This document shows positions 1 through 13,164 of a stretch of DNA of 64,000 nucleotides, piece by piece; positions within the stretch are counted from its first letter, which is position 1; each line of letters begins with the position of its first letter. The DNA comes from Escherichia phage vB_EcoM-RPN187, in sequence record OL770074.2; one strand, written 5' to 3'. The notes below the pieces were generated by a model. The model was not told the origin of the DNA, ran no database searches, and saw nothing but the letters and a program-made list of their open reading frames with translations. The translations under genes and the position numbers were made by a program.

Positions 1-519
1 CTCGGGTATTATTCTCAATTAGTATCTTATATGGGTATGCTTCAAGATATGATTGCTCCTCTTCCAGATTTTTGGTTTAACTCTGCAAACGAGCAATTAA
101 AAGTAATGGGTAACTTTAGACAGAAAGATGTAATTATCGTTGAATCGTATGTTCGCTCTTATATCGAGACCCATAAGATGGTAGGAAATACAGTAGGGTA
201 CGGTCAAGTAGGTCCTCGTGATTCATGGTCTATTTCTGAACGTTATGATAATCCAGACCATAATTTGGTCGGACGTCGAGTTGGTGAAGATCCTGCAACT
301 AAACAAGGCGCATATAACAACCGCTGGGTTAAAGATTATGCAACTGCATTAGCTAAAGAGCTTAATGGACAAATTCTTGCTAAACATCAAGGTATGATGT
401 TACCGGGTGGCGTCACTGTTGACGGTGTTCGATTAATTGAAGAAGCTCGTTTAGAGAAAGAAGCTTTACGAGAAGAGTTATATTTACTGGACCCTCCTGC
501 AGGTATTTTGGTAGGTTAA
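1..519 (+). CDS. 13: neck protein gp13, C-terminal part (5' end lies outside the window)
   Basis: Frame is open from nt 1 to TAA at 517-519; sits immediately upstream of gene 14 as in T4; identity from synteny and recollection. Confidence 0.6.
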   Translation, partial: LGYYSQLVSYMGMLQDMIAPLPDFWFNSANEQLKVMGNFRQKDVIIVESYVRSYIETHKMVGNTVGYGQVGPRDSWSISERYDNPDHNLVGRRVGEDPATKQGAYNNRWVKDYATALAKELNGQILAKHQGMMLPGGVTVDGVRLIEEARLEKEALREELYLLDPPAGILVG

Positions 520-520
520 T

Positions 521-1156
521 ATGGCAACATACTACAGATTGTATATTACAACATTTGAAACATCCACCGGTATAAAGATTTATGGTGGTAAACACAAATC
601 AGTTTACGAAGACCCTTCAAAAGACCCTTATACTGGGTCTGGTACCTTTATACGAAGGGCCAAAAGAAAATACGGTCCGTCTTGTATAAAAGAAATTATA
701 TGGTCTAAGCCATTTGAATCTAAAGCTCTAATGGATGAAGCTGAAGAGTTACTGGTAGATGAATTATCCATTTTAGAAAATTGCGCAAATCTTGTTAAAG
801 GTGGTGCAGGCGGAAGGTCGTATATTAACCCAGAAGATAATCCATCTATAGGACAAAAACGTTCAGCCCAATCTAAAAAGAAAATGTCTGACGCCGCAAA
901 ATCAAGAAAATGGACTGAAGAAGGGTTAAGAAAACGTAAAGAATCTACAGCAAGAATGTGGAAAGATTTCAAACATAGACATCCTGATTTTTCTGGTTCA
1001 AAGAATCCAGCAGCTCGAAAAGTTAGTGTAAATGGTAAAATATTTAACACCTGCAAAGAATGTGGTGAAGAATTTAATATCACATCAAGCGCGGTTATAG
1101 GCCGATGCAAAAACAACAAACCTAAATGGGCAGGATGGAATTATGTCGACGTATAA
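521..1156 (+). CDS. GIY-YIG-type homing endonuclease-like protein (seg-like)
   Basis: ATG at 521; N-terminus [22 protein letters not shown] fits the GIY...YIG spacing; basic C-terminal half with CxxC...C; overlaps gene 14 start by 14 nt. Confidence 0.5.
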   Translation: MATYYRLYITTFETSTGIKIYGGKHKSVYEDPSKDPYTGSGTFIRRAKRKYGPSCIKEIIWSKPFESKALMDEAEELLVDELSILENCANLVKGGAGGRSYINPEDNPSIGQKRSAQSKKKMSDAAKSRKWTEEGLRKRKESTARMWKDFKHRHPDFSGSKNPAARKVSVNGKIFNTCKECGEEFNITSSAVIGRCKNNKPKWAGWNYVDV

Positions 1157-1907
1157 TTCAAATTTATTTGCAAAGTTAGAAAACCGAGAAGGCTATTCTA
1201 AAACTAATGAAACCGAGATTTTAAACAAATACGTGAACTTTAACAAATACGAAAATAGTCAGACATTAGCCGATGTTCTAGTGGCAGAAAGCATACAGAT
1301 GCGCGGTATTGAATGTTTTTATGTTCCACGTGAATATGTTGCCGTGGACCTTATCTTTGGTGAGGACCTTAAAAATAAATTTACTAAAGCATGGAAATTT
1401 GCTGCATATCTGAACTCTTTTGAAGGTTATGAAGGAGCGAAATCGTTCTTCAGCAACTTCGGAATGCAAGTTCAAGACGAAGTTACATTATCTATTAACC
1501 CAGGTCTTTTCAAACACCAGGTCAACAATCAGGAGCCCAAGGAAGGTGATTTAATATACTTCCCAATGGATAACAGTTTGTTTGAGATTAACTGGGTTGA
1601 ACCATATGACCCATTCTATCAAGTAGGTAAAAATGCGATTCGTAAAATTACTGCAGGCAAGTTTATTTACTCTGGCGAAGAAATCAATCCGGTGCTTCAG
1701 AAAAATGAAGGTATCAATATACCTGAATTTAGTGACTTGGAACTTAACCCTGTTAGAAATCTTGACGGTATCCATGACATTAATATCGATGAATATTCTG
1801 AAGTTGAGCAAATCAATTCAGAGGCAAGTGAATACGTTGAGCCGTATGTAGTAGTTAACAACCGTGGTAGACAAAATTCACCATTTGACGATGGGTTTAT
1901 GAATTAA
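1143..1907 (+). CDS. 14: neck protein gp14
   Basis: 254 aa; N-terminus and length match T4 gp14 as recalled; ATG at 1143. Confidence 0.85.
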   Translation: MSTYNSNLFAKLENREGYSKTNETEILNKYVNFNKYENSQTLADVLVAESIQMRGIECFYVPREYVAVDLIFGEDLKNKFTKAWKFAAYLNSFEGYEGAKSFFSNFGMQVQDEVTLSINPGLFKHQVNNQEPKEGDLIYFPMDNSLFEINWVEPYDPFYQVGKNAIRKITAGKFIYSGEEINPVLQKNEGINIPEFSDLELNPVRNLDGIHDINIDEYSEVEQINSEASEYVEPYVVVNNRGRQNSPFDDGFMN

Positions 1908-1932
1908 TAAATAGATAAGATAAAGCAAACAC

Positions 1933-1950
1933 CGGTCGAAAGGCCGGTTA
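1933..1950 (+). other. intercistronic stem-loop with GAAA (GNRA) tetraloop between genes 14 and 15
   Basis: accggtc-gaaa-ggccggt read directly; no U-run, so more likely a stability/processing hairpin than a terminator. Confidence 0.3.
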
Positions 1951-1959
1951 GGAGAAATG

Positions 1960-2781
1960 ATGTTTGGTTATTTTTACAACTCGTCGTTCAGGCGATATAT
2001 CACAATGATGGGCGATTTGTTTTCAAATATCCAAGTTAACCGTCAATTGTCTACAGGCAATAAATTAATTAGAGTTCCTATTACGTATGCATCTAAAGAG
2101 CACTTTATGATGAAACTTAATAAATGGACCTCTATAAACTCACAAGAAGATGTGGCTAAAGTCGAAACTATTCTACCACGTATAAATCTCCAAATGGTAG
2201 ATTTCGTTTATAACCCAACGTTTAAAACGAATATATTGAATAACTCTCTTTTGAGTAAATCGACTAAGGATATTGTAGACCAATACAACCCATCACCAAT
2301 TAAAATGATTTTTGAACTGAGCATCTTTACTCGTTATGAAGATGATATGTTCCAAATCGTTGAGCAAATTATTCCATATTTTCAGCCGCATTTTAATACG
2401 ACTATGATTGAGCAATATGGGCAGGATATTCCATTTGAAAGGGATATTAAAGTCGTATGGATGTCAGCAGCAATGGATGAACAAATAGACGGTGATAATT
2501 TATCCCGTCGACGTTTAGAGTGGTCATTAACATTTGAAGTAAATGGATGGATGTATCCTCCGGTAGGCGCAGCAGAAGGCCTTATTAAAACGACTTATCT
2601 TGATTTTCATGCTAATGAACGAGACCTTCAAACAGCCGCCAGCGTTTTTGAATCAGTTGATACAGAAATTAAACCGAGAGAAGTTGAAGCACAAGATTGG
2701 AATGGCGAAGTTGAACAAACTTATACTCATGATATTCCAATCCCGACTCCACCAACCCCTCCTGGTCCTAGAAAACAATAA
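1960..2781 (+). CDS. 15: tail sheath stabilizer / tail completion protein gp15
   Basis: MFGYFYNSSFRRY matches T4 gp15; second ATG (1960) has better spacing to GGAG at 1951-1954 than the ORF-track ATG at 1957. Confidence 0.85.
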   Translation: MFGYFYNSSFRRYITMMGDLFSNIQVNRQLSTGNKLIRVPITYASKEHFMMKLNKWTSINSQEDVAKVETILPRINLQMVDFVYNPTFKTNILNNSLLSKSTKDIVDQYNPSPIKMIFELSIFTRYEDDMFQIVEQIIPYFQPHFNTTMIEQYGQDIPFERDIKVVWMSAAMDEQIDGDNLSRRRLEWSLTFEVNGWMYPPVGAAEGLIKTTYLDFHANERDLQTAASVFESVDTEIKPREVEAQDWNGEVEQTYTHDIPIPTPPTPPGPRKQ

Positions 2782-5107
<2,326 letters not shown>

Positions 5108-5134
5108 AAATAAAGCAAATTAAGAGGAATTAAA

Positions 5135-7117
5135 ATGGCACTTCTCTCTCCGGGCGTTGAGCTCAAAGAAACTACCGTACAGAGTACTGTAGTTAATAAC
5201 TCCACTGGTACTGCTGCCCTGGCTGGAAAATTCCAATGGGGACCTGCATTCCAGATTAAACAAATCACTGATGAAGTTGCATTGGTTGATATGTTTGGTA
5301 CTCCTAATACGGATACAGCAGATTATTTCATGTCTGCTATGAACTTCCTTCAATATGGTAATGACCTTCGTGTTGTACGCGCAGTTGATCGTGATACCGC
5401 TAAGAACTCATCTCCTGTAGCAGGCAATATTGAATTCACAATCTCTGCTACTGGTAGTAACTATGCAGTTGGTGATAAAATTATCGTTAAGTATTTGACC
5501 GAAACTGTTGAAGCAGATGGTTATGTCACTTCAGTTGATGTCGATGGTAAAATTCTTAACATTTATATCCCAACCGGTAAAATTATTGCTCGTGCAAAAG
5601 AAATTAATGAATATCCGACATTGGGTTCTAATTGGACCGCCGAAGTTGCCAGTTCTTCTTCTGGACTTTCTGGCGTTATTACAATTGGTTCTATCGTAAC
5701 CGATTCGGGTATTCTGTTAACTGAAGTTGAAACTTCTGAAGAAGCTATTACTTCTCTAACTTTCCAAGAATCTATTAAAAAATATGGTGTCCCAGGCGTA
5801 GTTGCTCTTTATCCTGGTGAACTTGGCGACCAGCTCGAAATTGAAATCGTATCTAAAGCAGACTATGACAAAGGTGCTTCAGCCCAGTTAAAAATTTATC
5901 CTGATGGTGGTACTCGTGCATCTACTGCTAAAGCAATCTTTGGATATGGCCCACAAACTGATGACCAATATGCAATTATCGTTCGTCGTAACGATGCTGT
6001 AGTTCAGAGCGTAATTCTTTCTACTAAACGCGGTGAACGCGATATTTATGGTAGTAATATCTTTATTGATGATTTCTTTGCTAAAGGCGCAAGCAATTAT
6101 ATTTTCGCTACTGCACAAGGTTGGCCAAAAGGTTTCTCTGGCGTAATCAAACTGGGTGGCGGCTTATCATCTAATGAAACGGTTGACGCTGGTGATTTAA
6201 TGGAAGCTTGGGATTTGTTTGCTGACCGTGAATCTGTTAATGCGCAGTTGTTTATTGCCGGTTCTTGTGCAGGTGAATCTTTAGAAGTTGCTTCTACAGT
6301 TCAGAAACATGTTGTAGCAATTGGTGATTCTCGCCAAGATTGTTTGGTTCTTTGCTCGCCGCCACGTGCAACTATAGTTGGTATTCCTGTTAATCGTGCA
6401 GTTGATAATCTGGTTGATTGGCGTACTGCGTCAGGAACTTACACTGATAATAACTTTAATATAAGTTCTACTTATGCTGCTATTGACGGTAACTATAAAT
6501 ATCAATATGACAAATATAATGACGTGAATCGTTGGGTTCCATTAGCTGCTGATATTGCTGGTCTTTGTGCTCGCACAGACAATATTTCTCAGCCTTGGAT
6601 GTCTCCCGCCGGTTATAACCGTGGACAAATTCTTAACGTTATTAAGCTTGCAATTGAAACTCGCCAACCACAGCGTGATCGTTTGTATCAGGAAGCTATT
6701 AACCCTGTTACTGGTACCGGCGGTGATGGGTATGTTCTGTATGGTGATAAAACTGCCACTTCTGTTCCTTCACCATTTGACCGTATTAACGTTCGTCGTT
6801 TGTTCAATATGGTTAAAACGAACATTGGTTCAGCATCTAAATATCGCCTGTTTGAATTGAACAACGCATTTACCCGTTCTTCTTTCCGTACAGAGACTTC
6901 TCAATATCTACAGGGTATTAAAGCTCTTGGTGGTGTATATAACTTTAAAGTTGTTTGTGATACTACCAATAACACCCCAGCAGTTATCGACCGTAATGAA
7001 TTTGTAGCTACTTTCTACTTACAACCTGCCCGCTCGATAAATTATATTACGTTGAACTTTGTAGCAACAGCAACTGGTGCCGATTTCGACGAACTAATTG
7101 GTACTGTAAGTGGCTAA
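5135..7117 (+). CDS. 18: tail sheath protein gp18
   Basis: 660 aa; MALLSPGVELKETTVQS N-terminus and length match T4 gp18. Confidence 0.95.
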   Translation: MALLSPGVELKETTVQSTVVNNSTGTAALAGKFQWGPAFQIKQITDEVALVDMFGTPNTDTADYFMSAMNFLQYGNDLRVVRAVDRDTAKNSSPVAGNIEFTISATGSNYAVGDKIIVKYLTETVEADGYVTSVDVDGKILNIYIPTGKIIARAKEINEYPTLGSNWTAEVASSSSGLSGVITIGSIVTDSGILLTEVETSEEAITSLTFQESIKKYGVPGVVALYPGELGDQLEIEIVSKADYDKGASAQLKIYPDGGTRASTAKAIFGYGPQTDDQYAIIVRRNDAVVQSVILSTKRGERDIYGSNIFIDDFFAKGASNYIFATAQGWPKGFSGVIKLGGGLSSNETVDAGDLMEAWDLFADRESVNAQLFIAGSCAGESLEVASTVQKHVVAIGDSRQDCLVLCSPPRATIVGIPVNRAVDNLVDWRTASGTYTDNNFNISSTYAAIDGNYKYQYDKYNDVNRWVPLAADIAGLCARTDNISQPWMSPAGYNRGQILNVIKLAIETRQPQRDRLYQEAINPVTGTGGDGYVLYGDKTATSVPSPFDRINVRRLFNMVKTNIGSASKYRLFELNNAFTRSSFRTETSQYLQGIKALGGVYNFKVVCDTTNNTPAVIDRNEFVATFYLQPARSINYITLNFVATATGADFDELIGTVSG

Positions 7118-7130
7118 TAAGACGCCTGAT

Positions 7131-7148
7131 GGGCTATTTCGGTAGCCC
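7131..7148 (+). terminator. stem-loop downstream of gene 18
   Basis: gggcta-tttcgg-tagccc inverted repeat 14 nt after the gene 18 stop. Confidence 0.35.
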
Positions 7149-7149
7149 A

Positions 7150-7165
7150 TATAAATATAACTATA
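7150..7165 (+). promoter_or_regulatory. late promoter, 16-bp element TATAAATATAACTATA (copy 1), upstream of gene 19
   Basis: Exact TATAAATA plus an identical 8-bp extension; the same 16-mer recurs at 7771 and 18056. Confidence 0.6.
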
Positions 7166-7230
7166 TCGTTTAAAAATTAATTCTATGGGCATCTGGTTAA
7201 TCCTAAGCCCATATTACTACAGAGGCTAAT

Positions 7231-7722
7231 ATGTTTGTAGATGACGTAACTCGTGCCTTCGAATCAGGTGATTTCGCTCGCCCTAACCTGTTCGAAGTAG
7301 AAATCTCTTATCTTGGGCAAAACTTTAGCTTCCAGTGTCGTGCTACGGCTCTTCCTGCTGCGATCGTTGAAAAGGTTCCTGTTTCTTATATGAACCGTAA
7401 AATTAACGTGGCCGGTGATCGTACATTCGATGATTGGACTATTACAGTAATGAACGATGATGCTCATAGCATTCGTCAGAAATTTGTTGATTGGCAAGGT
7501 ATTGCAGCAGGACAAGGTAATGAAATTACCGGTGGTAAACCTGCTGAATATAAAAAGACCGCTATCGTTCGTCAATTTGCTCGTGATGCTAAAACGGTCA
7601 CTAAAGAAGTTGAAATTGTTGGCTTGTGGCCTACTAACGTTGGTGAAGTATCTCTTGACTGGGACAGCAATAACGAGATTGAAACGTTCGAAGTAACTCT
7701 TGCTCTTGATTGGTGGGAATAA
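7231..7722 (+). CDS. 19: tail tube protein gp19
   Basis: 163 aa; same length and position as T4 gp19. Confidence 0.9.
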   Translation: MFVDDVTRAFESGDFARPNLFEVEISYLGQNFSFQCRATALPAAIVEKVPVSYMNRKINVAGDRTFDDWTITVMNDDAHSIRQKFVDWQGIAAGQGNEITGGKPAEYKKTAIVRQFARDAKTVTKEVEIVGLWPTNVGEVSLDWDSNNEIETFEVTLALDWWE

Positions 7723-7728
7723 TCTGGT

Positions 7729-7744
7729 TGGGGAGAAATCCCCA
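7729..7744 (+). terminator. stem-loop with GAAA tetraloop downstream of gene 19
   Basis: tgggga-gaaa-tcccca read directly; weak U-run. Confidence 0.35.
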
Positions 7745-7770
7745 GCTTCCCGTGATGACGGAGAAGTCCA

Positions 7771-7786
7771 TATAAATATAACTATA
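7771..7786 (+). promoter_or_regulatory. late promoter, 16-bp element TATAAATATAACTATA (copy 2), upstream of gene 20
   Basis: Exact 16-mer, 21 nt upstream of the gene 20 ATG. Confidence 0.65.
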
Positions 7787-7806
7787 ATTCCCATTCGGAG
7801 AATACA

Positions 7807-9378
7807 ATGAAATTTAATATCTTAAGTTTGTTTGCTCCATGGGCAAAAATGGACGAACGTGATTACAAAGACCAAGAAAAAGAAAATTTAGAATCTATCA
7901 CCGCACCAAAATTGGACGACGGCGCTAAAGAATATGAAGTATCTGAAAATGAAGCACAGCAAACATATAATGCTATGTTTCAGAGAATGTTCGGTAGTCA
8001 AGAACCAGGGCTCAAATCAACCCGTGAATTAATCGATACGTATCGAAATTTGATGACGAACTATGAAGTGGATAACGCGGTCTCTGAAATAGTTTCCGAT
8101 GCTATCGTGTATGAAGATGATACAGAAGTCGTTTCTATAAATTTAGACAACACAAAATTTAGTCCAAATATCAAATCAATGATGTTGGATGAATTTAATG
8201 AAGTGTTAAATCATTTATCTTTCCAACGTAAAGGTTCAGATCATTTTAGACGTTGGTATGTGGATTCTCGAATTTTCTTCCATAAAATTATTGACCCTAA
8301 ACGCCCTAAAGAAGGTATTAAAGAGCTTCGTCGTTTAGACCCACGTCAAGTTCAATATGTCCGTGAAGTTATTACAACCACTGAAGCCGGTGTTAAAATA
8401 GTCAAGGGTTATAAAGAATATTTCATTTATGACACATCACACGAATCTTATGCTTGTGATGGTCGCATATATGAAGCCGGCACAAAAATAAAAATCCCTA
8501 AAGCCGCGATTGTTTATGCCCATTCTGGTTTAGTTGATTGTTGTGGTAAAAATATCATTGGTTATTTGCATCGGGCTATTAAGCCGGCGAACCAATTAAA
8601 ACTTCTTGAAGATGCCGTCGTAATTTATCGTATTACTCGTGCTCCTGATCGTCGTGTATGGTATGTTGATACAGGTAATATGCCTTCAAGAAAAGCAGCC
8701 GAACATATGCAACATGTTATGAATACGATGAAAAACCGTATTGCGTATGATGCTACTACAGGCAAGATTAAAAACCAGCAGCATATTATGTCGATGACCG
8801 AAGATTATTGGTTACAACGACGTGATGGTAAAGCGGTAACAGAAGTTGACACATTACCAGGTGCAGATAATACTGGAAATATGGAAGATGTACGTTGGTT
8901 CCGTAATGCGCTTTATATGGCTTTACGTATTCCTATTACCCGTATTCCAAGTGACCAAGGTGGTATACAGTTTGATGCTGGTACTTCTATTACACGAGAT
9001 GAATTGACATTTGGTAAATTTATTCGTGAGCTGCAACATAAATTTGAAGAGATATTCCTAGACCCGCTTAAAACTAATTTAATTCTTAAAGGAATTATTA
9101 CAGAAGATGAGTGGAATGATGAAATAAATAATATTAAGATAAAATTTCATCGGGATAGTTATTTCTCGGAATTAAAGGATGCTGAGATTCTGGAGCGTCG
9201 CATTAATATGCTTCAGATGGCCGAACCATTTATTGGTAAATATATTTCTCACAGAACAGCTATGAAAGATATTCTTCAGATGTCTGACGAGGAAATTGAA
9301 CAAGAGGCTAAGCAAATTGAAGAAGAGTCGAAAGAGGCTCGTTTCCAAGACCCCGACCAAGAACAAGAGGATTTTTAA
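7807..9378 (+). CDS. 20: portal vertex protein gp20
   Basis: 523 aa; length and position match T4 gp20. Confidence 0.95.
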   Translation: MKFNILSLFAPWAKMDERDYKDQEKENLESITAPKLDDGAKEYEVSENEAQQTYNAMFQRMFGSQEPGLKSTRELIDTYRNLMTNYEVDNAVSEIVSDAIVYEDDTEVVSINLDNTKFSPNIKSMMLDEFNEVLNHLSFQRKGSDHFRRWYVDSRIFFHKIIDPKRPKEGIKELRRLDPRQVQYVREVITTTEAGVKIVKGYKEYFIYDTSHESYACDGRIYEAGTKIKIPKAAIVYAHSGLVDCCGKNIIGYLHRAIKPANQLKLLEDAVVIYRITRAPDRRVWYVDTGNMPSRKAAEHMQHVMNTMKNRIAYDATTGKIKNQQHIMSMTEDYWLQRRDGKAVTEVDTLPGADNTGNMEDVRWFRNALYMALRIPITRIPSDQGGIQFDAGTSITRDELTFGKFIRELQHKFEEIFLDPLKTNLILKGIITEDEWNDEINNIKIKFHRDSYFSELKDAEILERRINMLQMAEPFIGKYISHRTAMKDILQMSDEEIEQEAKQIEEESKEARFQDPDQEQEDF

Positions 9379-9608
9379 TGGACGATTTAATTCAAGCTAT
9401 TAAATCAAACGACCTCGTTGCTACTCGAAAGTTTTTTGAAAGTGCAATGGCAGAAAAAACGGTTCGTTTGATTGAAGCACGCAAAGCAGAAATCGCTTCT
9501 CAATTTTTGATTGAAGGCGAAGAACCCGAAGAAGAAGAGAAAGCTTCGGAAGACGACGCTGATGAAGGCGATGACGACGAAGACGAAGATGATGAGGACG
9601 ATGAATAA
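9378..9608 (+). CDS. 67: prohead core protein gp67
   Basis: 76 aa with acidic D/E-rich C-terminus; T4 order 20-67-68-21; TAATG overlap with gene 20. Confidence 0.7.
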   Translation: MDDLIQAIKSNDLVATRKFFESAMAEKTVRLIEARKAEIASQFLIEGEEPEEEEKASEDDADEGDDDEDEDDEDDE

Positions 9609-10033
9609 TGTATCTTATCCCTGAATCTTATGAATTGGTACTCGAAAATGTCGAAGCACTTATTCCTGAAGCACAGGGCCGAATCGATGCATTGTCTTCT
9701 GCTCTCGATATTGACGATATAAATACTATTATCGAGAACATGCTTGAAACTGAAACGGATTTAGCTGTTGCAATGGCTTCCATTATTAATGAAGAACAGT
9801 TAAATGAGTTTATCGTTAAACATGTTTCTTCTCGTGGTGAAGTCACTCGCACTAAAGACCGTAAAACTCGTGAACGTAACGCGTTCCAAACAACTGGTCT
9901 TTCTAAAGCAAAACGTAGACAAATCGCTCGTAAGGTCGTTAAAGCTAAAAAAGCTAACCCTTCAGGCCAAGTTAAAGGCTTGCGTAAGCGTAAAAAAGCT
10001 CTTAAACGTCGTAAAGCATTAGGATTAAGCTAA
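9608..10033 (+). CDS. 68: prohead core protein gp68
   Basis: 141 aa; synteny with T4. Confidence 0.7.
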   Translation: MYLIPESYELVLENVEALIPEAQGRIDALSSALDIDDINTIIENMLETETDLAVAMASIINEEQLNEFIVKHVSSRGEVTRTKDRKTRERNAFQTTGLSKAKRRQIARKVVKAKKANPSGQVKGLRKRKKALKRRKALGLS

Positions 10034-10680
10034 TGAATAAACCCGAGTTACTTATTGAAACTTGGGGTCAACCCGGTGAGATTATTGATGGCGTTCCAAT
10101 GTTGGAATCTCATGATGGAAAAGATTCTGGCTTAAAACCAGGGCTTTATATAGAAGGTATTTTTCTTCAGGCAGAGGTTGTTAACCGAAATAAACGTTTA
10201 TATCCTAAACGCGTTTTGGAAAAAGCAGTAAGTGACTATATTAAAGAACAAGTCGAAACCAAACAAGCCCTTGGAGAATTAAACCATCCACCTCGTGCAA
10301 ATGTTGACCCCATGCAAGCCGCTATCATTATTGAAGATATGTGGTGGAAAGGAAACGATGTATACGGACGTGCTAGAATTATTGAAGGCGACCATGGTCC
10401 CGGTGATAAATTAGCTGCTAATATACGAGCTGGTTGGATTCCAGGTGTTTCCTCTCGTGGTCTTGGTTCTTTAACCGACACCAATAAAGGGTACCGTATC
10501 GTGAACGAAGGATTTAAATTAACCGTCGGCGTAGATGCCGTATGGGGACCTTCTGCTCCAGATGCTTGGGTTACTCCTAAACAAATATCAGAATCAGAAT
10601 CAGAAAATTCGGTGGAAACCACCAAAAACAGTGCTGATGAAGCATTTAAAGCTCTCGCAGAGAGTTTAAAAGCATTATAA
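10033..10680 (+). CDS. 21: prohead core scaffold protease gp21
   Basis: 215 aa; position and length match T4 gp21. Confidence 0.9.
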   Translation: MNKPELLIETWGQPGEIIDGVPMLESHDGKDSGLKPGLYIEGIFLQAEVVNRNKRLYPKRVLEKAVSDYIKEQVETKQALGELNHPPRANVDPMQAAIIIEDMWWKGNDVYGRARIIEGDHGPGDKLAANIRAGWIPGVSSRGLGSLTDTNKGYRIVNEGFKLTVGVDAVWGPSAPDAWVTPKQISESESENSVETTKNSADEAFKALAESLKAL

Positions 10681-10713
10681 ATAATAATGTAATCTAAACC
10701 ACAGGACACTAAA

Positions 10714-11526
10714 ATGATCAAAGAACAACTTTTGAAAGAAGCTCAAAACATCGAGACTTCAGTTGCTCTTAATAGTGTTTTCGAATCAGTAGAACTGTCT
10801 CCGGACGTTAAAGCTAATTTCAGCACTGTATTCGAAGCCACCGTTAAGCAGGAAGCAGTCAAACTGGCTGAATCTCATATCAAAGCCATCGCCGAAAAGG
10901 CCGAAGAAGAAGTTGAAAAGGCCAAAGAAGATGCTGAAGAGAAAGCTGATAAAAAATTGGCTGAACAAGCTTCTAAATTCCTAGACCATCTTGCAAAAGA
11001 ATGGCTCGCAGAAAACCAAATCGCAGTTGATAAAGGCATTAAAGCTGATTTGTTCGAATCCATGCTTGGTGGTCTGAAAGAACTGTTTGTTGAACATAAC
11101 GTTGTTGTTCCAGAAGAATCTGTAGATGTTGTAGCAGAAATGGAAGAAGAGCTGGCCGAACATAAAGAAGAAACCGCTCGTTTGTTCGAAGAAGTTACCA
11201 AACGTGATGCATATATCAATTACGTTCAGCGTGAAACCGCTATTAATGAAAGCGTAAAAGACCTGACTGAATCTCAGAAAGAAAAAGTTATTGGCCTGGT
11301 TGAAGGTATGGATTATTCTGACGCATTTGGTACTAAGTTAACTGCTATTGTAGAAATGGTTAAAGGTTCTACTAAAGAAGAAGCCGCTATTACCGAAAGT
11401 ATAAATACAGTTGACAATGACGCTGCCGGTCTTAATTTTGTTGCCGAAGCAGTTGACACTACCACAACTCAGGTAGAACAGAATTCTAATGTAAGTTTAT
11501 ATGCGAAAGTCGCATCTCGTTTCTAA
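10714..11526 (+). CDS. 22: prohead core scaffold protein gp22
   Basis: 270 aa; acidic coiled-coil-like composition typical of gp22. Confidence 0.85.
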   Translation: MIKEQLLKEAQNIETSVALNSVFESVELSPDVKANFSTVFEATVKQEAVKLAESHIKAIAEKAEEEVEKAKEDAEEKADKKLAEQASKFLDHLAKEWLAENQIAVDKGIKADLFESMLGGLKELFVEHNVVVPEESVDVVAEMEEELAEHKEETARLFEEVTKRDAYINYVQRETAINESVKDLTESQKEKVIGLVEGMDYSDAFGTKLTAIVEMVKGSTKEEAAITESINTVDNDAAGLNFVAEAVDTTTTQVEQNSNVSLYAKVASRF

Positions 11527-11543
11527 TTTAAAGGTTAACACAA

Positions 11544-13112
11544 ATGACTACTATCAAAACTAAAGCTCAGCTCGTAGACAAATGGAAAGAACTGCTGGAA
11601 GGTGAAGGCCTGCCGGAAATCGCTAATAGCAAGCAGGCTATTATCGCTAAAATCTTCGAAAACCAGGAAAAAGATTTCGAAGTATCCCCTGAATATAAAG
11701 ACGAGAAAATCGCTCAGGCATTTGGTTCTTTCTTGACCGAAGCTGAAATTGGTGGTGACCATGGTTATAATGCTCAGAACATCGCAGCAGGTCAAACCTC
11801 TGGTGCAGTAACCCAAATTGGGCCAGCAGTTATGGGTATGGTTCGTCGTGCTATTCCTAATCTGATCGCTTTTGATATTTGTGGTGTTCAGCCTATGAAC
11901 AGCCCGACCGGTCAGGTATTTGCTCTCCGTGCAGTATATGGTAAAGACCCTATCGCTGCTGGCGCTAAAGAAGCTTTCCATCCGATGTATGCCCCGGACG
12001 CGATGTTCTCTGGTCAGGGTGCTGCTAAGAAATTCCCAGCTCTGGCTGCTGACACTACTACTGTTGTAGGTGATATCTATACTCACTTCTTCCAAGAAAC
12101 TGGTACCGTATATCTGCAAGCTTCTGCTATCGTAACACTTGATTCTAGTGCGACTGATGCTGCTAAATTAGATGCAGAAGTTAAGAAACAAATGGAAGCT
12201 GGTGCACTGGTAGAAATCGCTGAAGGTATGGCTACTTCTATCGCTGAACTCCAGGAAGGTTTCAACGGTTCTACCGACAACCCATGGAACGAAATGGGCT
12301 TCCGTATCGATAAACAAGTTATCGAAGCTAAATCTCGTCAGCTGAAAGCAGCTTACTCCATCGAATTAGCACAAGACCTCCGTGCAGTACACGGTATGGA
12401 TGCTGATGCTGAACTGAGCGGTATTCTTGCTACTGAAATTATGCTAGAAATCAACCGTGAAGTTGTTGATTGGATTAACTACTCAGCACAGGTTGGTAAA
12501 TCTGGTATGACCCTGACTCCGGGTTCTAAAGCCGGTGTATTTGACTTCCAGGACCCGATTGATATCCGTGGTGCTCGTTGGGCCGGTGAAAGCTTTAAAT
12601 CTCTGTTGTTCCAGATTGATAAAGAAGCAGTTGAAATTGCTCGTCAAACCGGTCGTGGTGAAGGTAACTTCATTATCGCTTCCCGTAACGTAGTTAACGT
12701 ACTGGCTTCAGTTGATACTGGTATTTCTTACGCTGCACAGGGTCTGGCTTCTGGTTTTAATACCGACACTACTAAGTCTGTATTTGCCGGTGTACTTGGT
12801 GGTAAATACCGCGTATACATCGACCAGTATGCTAAACAGGATTACTTCACCGTTGGTTACAAAGGCGCTAACGAAATGGATGCAGGTATTTACTATGCTC
12901 CTTACGTTGCACTTACCCCACTGCGTGGTTCCGATCCTAAGAACTTCCAGCCGGTAATGGGCTTTAAAACTCGTTACGGTATCGGTGTTAACCCGTTTGC
13001 TGAAAGTTCCCTGCAGGCTCCAGGTGCTCGCATCCAGTCCGGTATGCCGTCTATCCTGAACAGCCTTGGTAAGAACGCTTACTTCCGCCGTGTATATGTA
13101 AAAGGCATCTAA
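11544..13112 (+). CDS. 23: major capsid protein gp23
   Basis: 522 aa; near-identical to T4 gp23 as recalled (MTTIKTKAQL...RVYVKGI). Confidence 0.97.
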   Translation: MTTIKTKAQLVDKWKELLEGEGLPEIANSKQAIIAKIFENQEKDFEVSPEYKDEKIAQAFGSFLTEAEIGGDHGYNAQNIAAGQTSGAVTQIGPAVMGMVRRAIPNLIAFDICGVQPMNSPTGQVFALRAVYGKDPIAAGAKEAFHPMYAPDAMFSGQGAAKKFPALAADTTTVVGDIYTHFFQETGTVYLQASAIVTLDSSATDAAKLDAEVKKQMEAGALVEIAEGMATSIAELQEGFNGSTDNPWNEMGFRIDKQVIEAKSRQLKAAYSIELAQDLRAVHGMDADAELSGILATEIMLEINREVVDWINYSAQVGKSGMTLTPGSKAGVFDFQDPIDIRGARWAGESFKSLLFQIDKEAVEIARQTGRGEGNFIIASRNVVNVLASVDTGISYAAQGLASGFNTDTTKSVFAGVLGGKYRVYIDQYAKQDYFTVGYKGANEMDAGIYYAPYVALTPLRGSDPKNFQPVMGFKTRYGIGVNPFAESSLQAPGARIQSGMPSILNSLGKNAYFRRVYVKGI

Positions 13113-13136
13113 TCTTAATTGATTAAATCTTATTTT

Positions 13137-13160
13137 GGGAGACTTCGGTCTCCCATTTTT
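13137..13160 (+). terminator. intrinsic terminator GGGAGAC-UUCG-GUCUCCC + U-run downstream of gene 23
   Basis: Perfect 7-bp stem with UUCG tetraloop followed by ATTTTT; also flanks the stop of the minus-strand ORF at 13165. Confidence 0.75.
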
Positions 13161-13164
13161 GGTT

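Noticed and set aside
628-1119. Minus-strand 163-aa ORF inside the seg-like gene
   Set aside because: Entirely antisense to a plus-strand ORF, with no promoter or RBS; a shadow ORF.
7264-7794. Minus-strand 176-aa ORF covering gene 19
   Set aside because: Antisense to the tail tube gene and spanning its late promoter; no signals of its own.
9520-9608. GAA/GAC-rich low-complexity DNA at the 3' end of gene 67 (and similar at 19840-19863 in uvsW.1)
   Set aside because: Encodes acidic D/E tails of small proteins; a compositional feature, not a separate element.
10786-11219. Minus-strand ORFs (60-114 aa) inside gene 22
   Set aside because: Antisense shadow ORFs of a highly expressed late gene; low-complexity Ser/Ala-rich translation of the complement of an E/K/A-rich gene.
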